NCBI GenBank assembly: GCA_905178155.1
Contig: CAJINV010000001.1
Location: forward strand, 14,694,142-14,758,141
Source of the DNA: Amoebophrya sp. A120
Lineage: Eukaryota > Protista > Dinoflagellata
Direction: 5' to 3'
Length of the DNA: 64,000 nt
In this document: positions 56,073-64,000 of the stretch, piece by piece
Layout: every line of letters starts with the position of its first letter
Numbering within the stretch: position 1 is the first letter of the stretch
The notes under the pieces: generated by a model
Databases searched by the model: none
Told to the model about the DNA's origin: nothing
What the model saw: the letters and a program-made list of their open reading frames with translations, nothing else
Program-made: the position numbers and the translations under genes

Positions 56073-59000
56073 CTAGCTCTCGGACTCTTCTCGTGCTAGT
56101 TCTCGGAAGAGCCCTTGCTTGTTCTTGTACTGCTTGTAGATTTCTATTTCAAATTTGAGCCCCATCGCTCTCTTTACCCACTTCCTTGCTTTATCGGTCA
56201 ACTGCCGGCGGTTTTCGGCTGGCTTTCCCCACTCGAGTACCTCCGACGCGTCTATCACCTTCTGGAGGTTGCCAATCCACTCGTCAAGCTTCTCGTCCGA
56301 AAAGTCCCCCGCCCAAGTCCAGTTGCACTTCATGGGCTCATCCTGTTTCCGTTGGAAAAAATCTTCATCCCACTTGAATGCGACAGGTTTGCTAATCTCC
56401 GGGCACGTGCGCTTCCGGGCCGCCCAAACTTCGCCCACGACGTCTTCGTCATTTAAAAAAAGTTTCCCCGCCGTAAAATCAGCCCGTACGTCCGGCTTTT
56501 TCCATTCCTTCCGCGAGCCACCTGGTATGAATGACGCAGAGTTGTAGGAAACCGCAAGCGGGACACGAATTGCCAGCGCATCATCCTTATCGTCTATCCT
56601 GCGCGGAGTATTCTATTGCGCAGAGGGATACAAACAAAAAAATACCCAACACAATAGTACTGCGCCGAAAAGGAATCCGGGAATCGGGGCAGGACAAAAC
56701 GAAGGGGATCCGCCCGTGACAAGGGGGGCCCATGGCGGGGGGGGGGTCCACGACCCCCCCCCCTGGGCTCCCCCGGGGGACTTGGGGCGGAGTCCCTGAC
56801 GGCCTGGGCCCGCCTCAGTATCTTGTTTACTTAAATACTTAGGTCAGGCACACACGGGCGAAGGGGCAGAGGAATCCGCGCACCCACGGTGCTCAGGGGG
56901 AGCCGCTTCCGTGCCGTTTGCCTAGACATAGTCCCGGGAGGACCGGTGTCCATCTTCGACACGGAGCGGGGCGCTTTTGTCCACCTTGCGTTGCCCTTAC
57001 TGTTGGGCGGCCGAAAGCCGCCGGCCGCGGGTTCGTGCCTCTGCCGCCCCTTCCAGGGAATGTGGCCCGATAAAGCGCCAGAAGGAGCGCAGACGCCGCC
57101 CGGCGAAAGGCTGGCGCCACAGCAATAGGCAACGGGGCCCGGGGCGGCCGGGGCAGCCGCGCGCCTGCAATTAGCCTGCCAAAGCGGGCGGGGGGTCCGG
57201 AGACAAACTTGAGGGGGCTTGCCGGGCAGTCGGTCGGCCCGGGAGGGGCGGGGCAGAGGGCGGGTTCGCTTCTAGGTGGCCGAGATATTGCCCGGGCGCC
57301 TATCCTATGCTCGCGTCTTTCTAGGTGAGCGAGACATTGCCAGCCCGGGGGCCGTCAAGCTTTCTGGAGGCCGTTGGCTGAGCATCTGCCCAAGCCGCAG
57401 AGCCAAATTAGCTTTCTTGCAACTGTGGCGAGGCGCCGCCTGTTTTGGCGGTGGCCGGCCTTACGCCTGCGGCCTTTCAGAGCGAACGCACAACCAACAT
57501 CCCTTAGGCGTTTCCCTAGTCGCCGCACCAGGGTCGCCACACATGGGGCCTGCATAAACAGGGGGACGCAGGGCGGCACTGCAATGCTGCATCCTATCCG
57601 GCCGCCGTGGCCTTATTTGCCGGAACCTCCGCACTGTGTACTGCGTGACTAAGTAGTGAAGACCCCCCACACCCATGGAGAGGCGCTGCGCTGGGCGGCC
57701 AGCTCGTGGCGGGGCTGGGTTGGCAGTGGGGCCCGGTGTTGTGGCTCGTCGGTGGGCCCGGTGTTGTGGCCCTGTGTTGTAACCAGCGACCTGGAGTTTG
57801 GATGGGCCGTGGTTGTCCCGGCTCCTGTTTTGCCGGGGCGCAGCTCTCTTCCGTTACATCACCACCTTGGCGCGGCGGCTAGGGCTAGGGCTAGGGCTGT
57901 GGCCTGGCTATGGCGTGCCGCTACCTAGCAACCAAGCAGGCGACGGGGCTTGCCACCCCGGCGCGTTTGATAACGGCCTCGCACTTGGCAGCGTTGCTGA
58001 CGTCCTTCCTTGACCCTTAATGCCCACCGGCGCTGCCTGTTGCGCTCGCCCCCCTTGCAACACAACAACATACTCTACGCCCCAACGACCAAGTACCCCA
58101 ACCCTTGGGCGAGCCCGGGTGCTTTTCTCGATTCCCCGCGGGCCCCATCCCGGTCCGGCCGTGGAACAGGGGGGGGCTTGAGAAATGGACGGCGAGCGGG
58201 CTTCTATCTTGGACCCTCTCAGGCGGGGCCGCAGTGCTATGGCTTTCGGGCGAGCCGCCGTTGCAGGGGGATGGCAACCAGGCACAACAGGACCGGCGCC
58301 CGCCCCCTCGTGCTGCAATTGCCGGCGGCTTCCCAGGTCGTCTCGGCTCCTTGCGGTAGGGCGCCGGCCCTTGCTCCGCTGCGCGCCTGTAGGGGGTGGG
58401 CTTGCTTCTTCTTGTGGTGTGGCATTTGTGTGAGGCGCGTGCTGTATGAGTTCGGCACCACCGTACGGACACCCACATCGTAGCCGGTGTCACTCCTGCA
58501 CGCCTGTGGTATGGCCGTGCGTGCCTATGGTTTGGCCGGATGGCGATGGGGTGATGCGGCGTACGGAAATTGGAAAATTAGCACATTATCTATGTATCTA
58601 TACCTTCTTTTTTCCCTTGGGTTGCATCAACCCTCACCTCACCAGCCCCCTCATCGGCAACTTCGTCGCAGCTCCCACAAACGCTTGAAAAACCGTCACA
58701 CAAACGCTTGAGAAAGCTCGTCATCTGCTCCTTCTGCTCAATCTCGAGAAACGATCCCGGGACGTCCCCAGCGCTGCCGCCAGCTTCTAACGCTGTCGCT
58801 GTTGCTCTCGAGCAGAACGCCTTCTCCTCGTCCTGGCTAATTTTGCCATCATCTGACAAAGATCGTTTCGAAGAATATAGATCCGCTTCGAAGGCAGCTG
58901 AAGCACGACGACATTTCGTGTTCAATCTTGTACGGACATAAACCAATTATAACCAGCCAGGAGCCTCACAGCCAACAGTTCTTGATTATACTCATATTGC

Positions 59001-59457
59001 AACGCAAAACCAAACTTGAAGTCTGAGTAGACCACTGATTACATGATGATGATGATGATGATGCTGGCAGTGTGCCCTTTAGCGGGCTGATTATACTATA
59101 TAAAGAAAAATAATTCTTACTGTCCGTGTCCCCACCGGCACGCTTGATCCGTTGCTCCACGATGGAGCACTCCATGGCGTCAAGTTGACTGGAAGAAGCC
59201 AGGTCTGGCTCGATCATCTTGTCGAAAATTTGGAGCAGCGGCGTCTTCCTTGCAAGGCATACCGCTGCGTCGTTCACCTTTGTATTTCGGAAGGCGTGCG
59301 GCGGCACCGGGCTGAACGTGTCGCCCGCCCCCCGTTCGTGCTCAATCTCGATGTCCGCGCTGGTGCCGACGCCCGCCAGCGTCACCTCATCCGCCAGGGC
59401 GGTCAGACCAGCGCTGGCCGCGCACAGAGCTCGTGCACGCGCAGAGATTAACCGCAT
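56073..59457 (-). CDS. Hypothetical secreted protein; model exons 59457-59121, 58897-58638, 56612-56073; 378 aa
   Basis: Signal-like MRLISARARALCAASAGLTALA. Donors A|GTAAGA and GAG|GTGAGG with acceptors TTCAG and AATAG give an in-frame model. Contains SFLE. Confidence 0.62.
56661..58563. mobile_element. GC-rich insertion of unknown type within a 2-kb intron
   Basis: Abrupt switch to very GC-rich, G/C-run-rich DNA with no convincing ORF, flanked by AT-rich intron ends. No clear TIR or TSD. Confidence 0.4.
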
Positions 59458-59732
59458 AATATTCGTGAGTCTTTCTCTCTGTCCACGTTCTACTCACTCA
59501 GGAGTCGTAACACAACTCCACGCCTATTTTCAAATGACGGGTATTGAAAAACAGGCGTCAATGCTAGCGGTAACGGGAAACAGAAAATAAGAGGTAGAGG
59601 GCAGGTCCAAGGACGAGACTCCAAGGAACAGTCTTTGCGGATCGTCCATCCATCGTATGCAAGAGAAAAAAGAAAAAACTAGAACTACAATCTATTCCGA
59701 ACACAGTTCTTCAGCACGAGACACGTGTCGTG

Positions 59733-59748
59733 GTGTGTGTGTGTGTGT
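59733..59748. repeat. (GT)n microsatellite
   Basis: gtgtgtgtgtgtgtgt. Confidence 0.8.
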
Positions 59749-60577
59749 TTCCGTCTCGCAATATGTACTTCAAACCCCTGTACACATCTATTTTGAAAAT
59801 GTCACAAGTTCGAACGTTCTTGTAGGGCTTTTTTCGGGAAGGAGACGCAAAATCCGGTGGTAGTGCAAAAGACAAACCTCAAAACATCACACTAGATCTT
59901 CGCCATACCGTGCTAAGAGCATGTGCACAAACAGTTTTTTTTTTAGAAAACAGAAACAACTTCTTTTTTTTTTTAATACATGCTCTCAGGGCTCGTGTGA
60001 TTTCAAACGCAACTCGAGTCATCAGGTGAACAGTGTCATGGCGGCGCGCGTGTTCTCGTGGTGTTTCTTTATTATTTTCCGTGTCAGAAGAAAAGTGTTC
60101 TCCAAGTTCTCTATTATTCTAGGTGCGGAGGCTTGAGCCAACCGACCAGGAACGGAAACACTCATCACGTGCGGACTCTATGCTGAGGACCTAGCTAAGT
60201 TATCGAGTTCGACGAATTCGCTTGGTCAACGACAACGATTCCCGACGAAGATGCTTTCACAAAGATTACGCAATACCCCGTTACGTCAAATGAGTTATTT
60301 CAGATAACGAATTTCACATTATAAACATGTCCGACGATCCTGACAACATGCTGGAAGATCTACTCGATCTGGCGATTCAATAGCGATCTGTCTCGTCCGC
60401 AGCACCACAGACTGTCTGTGCGACGCGGTCTGCCAAGCACTTTGCTAAAGTCGTTAATTTCGAAGAACCCAGACACAGGACACTGTAAAGAAAGACTTCA
60501 ACAGTCTTCAAACCTGGCTGTGGGGGCAACAAGGAAGTGAAAACAAAACCATGTAAAGACTGTCTATGTCAACATCG

Positions 60578-61330
60578 TCAAATGCATTTCTTCTTCTTTT
60601 TCTTCGCAATTTGCTTATCTCTCCACCAGGCCCAATGTATTTTCTTCGGGCCGCAGTCGATTTTTCGAAGTTTCGTCAACCCAATCAGCGCAGCCCGCTG
60701 CGCGGTCCATTTCCGGTAGTAGTGCTGCGCGCATTCGATGTCCGCAATCTCCTCCTCGTTATGCGGCGGTAAGTCGAGATATTTGTCTTTGCAACTGGGG
60801 AGTTGCTGCAGCTGCTCTAGAGCAGGACGCTGATCCCCTATCATGGCTTCAGGGCGAGGTACTACCTCCTGCGGTGAAAGCTGGTAGCCCTCGCCGGAAA
60901 CAGCAGGACCAACTCTCGTGATTGCTGCGGGCGGAAGAAAAGGCATCAGAAACTCTAATGATCCGTGCTGCGGATAATGAGGGACGTCGGGAACTGGGTA
61001 AGGAGTGCTGGTAGGGGAGATCCTCGAAGTAGGGCCGCCTGATGTAAATGTATAATCGCGCCCGGTAGCGATCATCGCGATAGAAGACGAGGAGGGCACA
61101 CAGGGGTCCATCGAGCTCCTACACGATGTTGAAGACGTCCGCGAGATTTCTTGTGGTGCCTTTTTACGGTAGTAAGACGAGGAGGATGGCACCAGCAGCG
61201 GCGCCTGCTCCTGTTGATGACCGGGACCCGGAATCGATCTCCATGCTGACGCTGAAACAAGAGCAGGTGCGAACGTAGACGGGGTCCGCGGTACAGCAGT
61301 GGAGAAGCGACATGCTCGCGCAAGACTCAT
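60578..61330 (-). CDS. Hypothetical protein with a mitochondrial-presequence-like N-terminus and a very basic C-terminus
   Basis: The N-terminus MSLARACRFSTAVPRTPSTFAPALVSASAWRS is R/S/A-rich with no acidic residues. The C-terminus is IECAQHYYRKW...WWRDKQIAKKKKKKCI. Confidence 0.65.
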   Translation of the reverse strand: MSLARACRFSTAVPRTPSTFAPALVSASAWRSIPGPGHQQEQAPLLVPSSSSYYRKKAPQEISRTSSTSCRSSMDPCVPSSSSIAMIATGRDYTFTSGGPTSRISPTSTPYPVPDVPHYPQHGSLEFLMPFLPPAAITRVGPAVSGEGYQLSPQEVVPRPEAMIGDQRPALEQLQQLPSCKDKYLDLPPHNEEEIADIECAQHYYRKWTAQRAALIGLTKLRKIDCGPKKIHWAWWRDKQIAKKKKKKCI

Positions 61331-62157
61331 ACTCTTTGCAGATGCGGACGCGGTCCAAGGAGGTTCTATTGCTCTCCCGCGGGCCCAAAATTTGTCTTGA
61401 TCTTGACCTGTAGCTGTAACAAAAGAGGCGAGCACTACTTGTACTTCTCGGAACAAAACGAAAACGATCTTGTTCACCTCCAAACTGCCACGCAAAGGAT
61501 CCAAAAATATGCGCAGCTTCTTGAAGAGAGCTAGAGGAAGAGCAGCCTGCTATCGCGTTTTGTACTAAGGTGAACTCAGGGGACTGACAGATCAACACAA
61601 ACTGCGCACGCGCACCACATATCAGATCACCATGAGCCATCGGCGCCGTCCTTTTTTTGTCTGCACAAAGTCAGTCATCAATACAGAAAATTCATTTTCG
61701 CCGAGTTTGGTTTGAAACTTTAATTGACTTTGGCGTTGGGGGAATTTCTCTTGTATAGAAGCGATTTCATTTTCAACGAAAGGGAAATGTTGTGTTGGAA
61801 TATAATTTTGCAAACGCTTTCCGATCGGAAACTGAAGCGGCAGCGGAGGTAGCGCACTAGGTCTAGGAGTAGATCTTCAGCTACACCTAGTAATGCAACA
61901 AGCGAGATAACCTTATTCTTGAGTTTGTTGGTATTGAAAACTAAATGCAGAGACTGAGACAGGCTCCACTCGTCGTGCTCGACGCGTGCATTTGGAGAAA
62001 ACTCATGGGGAGAACTAACTTCACTTAACACCTTATGCTGAAGCTGATTTCATTTCGCAAACGAAAATAGAGCTCGAGAACTGGGTCGTGCACCATCATA
62101 CGTCGAAACCCCCCGGCTGCTGGAAAGCCGGCCGTCGCAGACGGAAGTACCCCCTTG

Positions 62158-63297
62158 CTACAGCAGCACAAGGACGCCAAGAACCAGAATAGCCACGAAC
62201 ATGGCGGTGCCACAGCGGTTGTGCATGCGCTGCAGCCAGGAGAGCTTTTCCAGTTGGTTGCTCATGTTCAGCAATTTTGCGTCCATTTCCTCCAACTTGA
62301 TTTGCACCTGGTCCACCTTCCCGCTGACGGCGTCGACGCTCTCCGCCACCAGAGCCACTTTCCCGTCGATCTGTGCCAGTTTGACGTCGATCGCCCGAAG
62401 ACTTTCCTGCAGGCGCTCGAAGAGCTGCGACTCCTTGGCGCGCGCCTGATCGGCCTCCAGCTTCGACTTGCGGAGCGCTTCCATCTGCTGCGCGTGTTGC
62501 TGGAGGAGCAGTTTCACCAGTGATTTGGTCTGCTCCGCGTTGCACTGCAGGATCATCTGCCGCATTTCGTCCTTTGCCGCGTGAATCGCGGCCGCCTGCA
62601 GCTGCAACACCTGCTTGGTCTCGAGCGCATCCTTGCGAAAGTCCGCGTTAAAGTCGCTGGTTTGCCGCAATTTGGTGGATTGAAACACCTTGTCCACCAT
62701 GATCTCGTCCTGTTCGCTGATCGTCGGAAACCGGTCCTGCCGGTTGTGGCTGCTGATACCGGAACGAAGACTTCGCCCGATCATCTCCGGACCCACAGCA
62801 GACATCAAAGGGCCGGCGACGGGAACAGCCCCCCCGTCGAGTGCGGCGGTAGACGTGTGATTGGTGCTCTCCCTGCGCGGAAAAACGACTTCATCACTGG
62901 CATTCTGTCTGGTGTCGATAAACTCTATCCCGAGTATATCTTGTTCCTTTCCATTGTGACCATCGCCGCAAAGGCCGGCGGATCCGAGGAATTTGTTCTT
63001 TCCTGCACCACACACGATGTTTCGCAGTGATCTATCGTTTTCCTCCAGCTCTTTGGTAGCCTCTTCTCCTGCGGTCACCGGCTTGTCCTGCCAGGCTGAG
63101 GCGAGTTTTGCGATTTCCCAAGTCCGCTGCGCCTCGTCGAAATCAGAAAAGAGCTGCGTCAGCTCCAGGCTCTGAAAGCGCGCCTGAGTCAATAGCTCCC
63201 CCTTCAGGTTCGGAGTGCTGTGTGTTTTTGCAGAAACTGAAACTTGAACGTGTTCGAGACTGATTAAGTACCTTGCGACAATGGAAGATGTACTCAC
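62158..63297 (-). CDS. Coiled-coil protein with a C-terminal transmembrane (tail) anchor; 5' end uncertain
   Basis: Heptad-rich segment (LRAIDVKLAQIDGKVALVAESVDAVSGKVDQVQIKLEEMDAKL) followed by the terminal hydrophobic helix AMFVAILVLGVLVLL-stop. Confidence 0.7.
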   Translation of the reverse strand: MSTSSIVARYLISLEHVQVSVSAKTHSTPNLKGELLTQARFQSLELTQLFSDFDEAQRTWEIAKLASAWQDKPVTAGEEATKELEENDRSLRNIVCGAGKNKFLGSAGLCGDGHNGKEQDILGIEFIDTRQNASDEVVFPRRESTNHTSTAALDGGAVPVAGPLMSAVGPEMIGRSLRSGISSHNRQDRFPTISEQDEIMVDKVFQSTKLRQTSDFNADFRKDALETKQVLQLQAAAIHAAKDEMRQMILQCNAEQTKSLVKLLLQQHAQQMEALRKSKLEADQARAKESQLFERLQESLRAIDVKLAQIDGKVALVAESVDAVSGKVDQVQIKLEEMDAKLLNMSNQLEKLSWLQRMHNRCGTAMFVAILVLGVLVLL

Positions 63298-63355
63298 ACA
63301 GCATGCATTGATGTAATCGCGACGAAATCAACATATAATCGATGTCACACGTGTA

Positions 63356-63991
63356 CTATTTGCTTTCGAAGGCGGCCCGCGTTTCCCAGGATGGCACCGG
63401 CACTTCGGCGTACTGGGCCTCCGCTTTTTTGCGCGCCTCCGTTTCAATGAGCTGTTTTTCCTTCACTCGCGGCATGAGCTCCTCGTGAATCAGGGACCAG
63501 TCCTCTTCCCCGAACTTGCTTGCCTTCCAGTCGTATTTTGCGTTGTTTAGTGCGTATTTAGTCGTCAGCCACTGGAGCGAGCGCTTCGCGCTGGTCAGGG
63601 TGAAGTTGATTTCGCGGATTTTCGTCTGCGCCACCCGGTCGTTGGTGAAGAGCATGTCCGGATCCATGTCGCCGTGCTCCCACAAATCGGCCCAGTGGGT
63701 CAAGCCGGAGAGGTAACCTTTCGCGTTGTGAATCAAATTAGCGACCACCTGGGCGTCGCTCTCAAAGTTGTGCATCACATCTTCCGCCCGTTCCAACGCC
63801 GCCTGTTTCTTCTCCTTGCTGCAACAACAGCACGATCGCGGGGCCTTGGTTCTTGTTCTTCGGGTCTTCACTTTATTCAAAAGAAATCGAAGTCTAGTCC
63901 GCTTGGCGTGCGCGGCGGGAACGGATAATCGGGAGAACAATGGGAGGAATAAAACCAAAGTGGTGGCACTTGTTGGAGCCAGACAGGACAC
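63356..63991 (-). CDS. Hypothetical, probably secreted or membrane-associated protein; start may lie beyond the window
   Basis: Hydrophobic TTLVLFLPLFSRLSVPAAHA, a polybasic stretch and CCCC, then a GC3-biased helical domain. Confidence 0.65.
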   Translation of the reverse strand: MSCLAPTSATTLVLFLPLFSRLSVPAAHAKRTRLRFLLNKVKTRRTRTKAPRSCCCCSKEKKQAALERAEDVMHNFESDAQVVANLIHNAKGYLSGLTHWADLWEHGDMDPDMLFTNDRVAQTKIREINFTLTSAKRSLQWLTTKYALNNAKYDWKASKFGEEDWSLIHEELMPRVKEKQLIETEARKKAEAQYAEVPVPSWETRAAFESK

Positions 63992-64000
63992 GGAGCGGAA

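Noticed and set aside
58676-58711. 13-bp direct repeat CACAAACGCTTGA within an exon
   Set aside because: Removing the 23-nt unit leads to a premature stop, while the existing frame is open. Treated as a local duplication or chance.

Overview
Eukaryotic genomic DNA with spliceosomal GT-AG introns and no prokaryotic operon signals. All ~16 recognisable genes lie on the minus strand. The co-oriented compact layout, long Ser-rich linkers and a Gln-rich protein of a type I associate with dinoflagellates suggest a parasitic syndinian dinoflagellate such as Amoebophrya; this is inference, not proven. Genes: insulysin (M16A), two paralogous probably secreted PAN/apple-like proteins, a pseudokinase-HECT E3 fusion, an F-box plus DHU1-like WD40 protein, a WLM/Wss1 protease, an RFC small subunit, GMP reductase, a PG-repeat (SHIPPO-like) protein, a Gln-rich coiled-coil protein, prefoldin 3, WDR83/MORG1 with an RD/RS-rich extension, and several hypotheticals. 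The most striking non-genic structure is a nested island of non-autonomous elements at 11.9-15.1 kb. It holds two different TA...TA-ended TIR elements with exact 5-bp target duplications, each inserted next to the same thrice-repeated ~40-bp core, with empty sites visible in the window. The island also holds a palindrome-rich foldback element and a direct-repeat element ending in hairpins. A TTAA-flanked TIR element made of three satellites fills one insulysin intron, and a GC-rich insert fills another 2-kb intron. Exon boundaries were placed by hand and checked for frame; no database searches were run.
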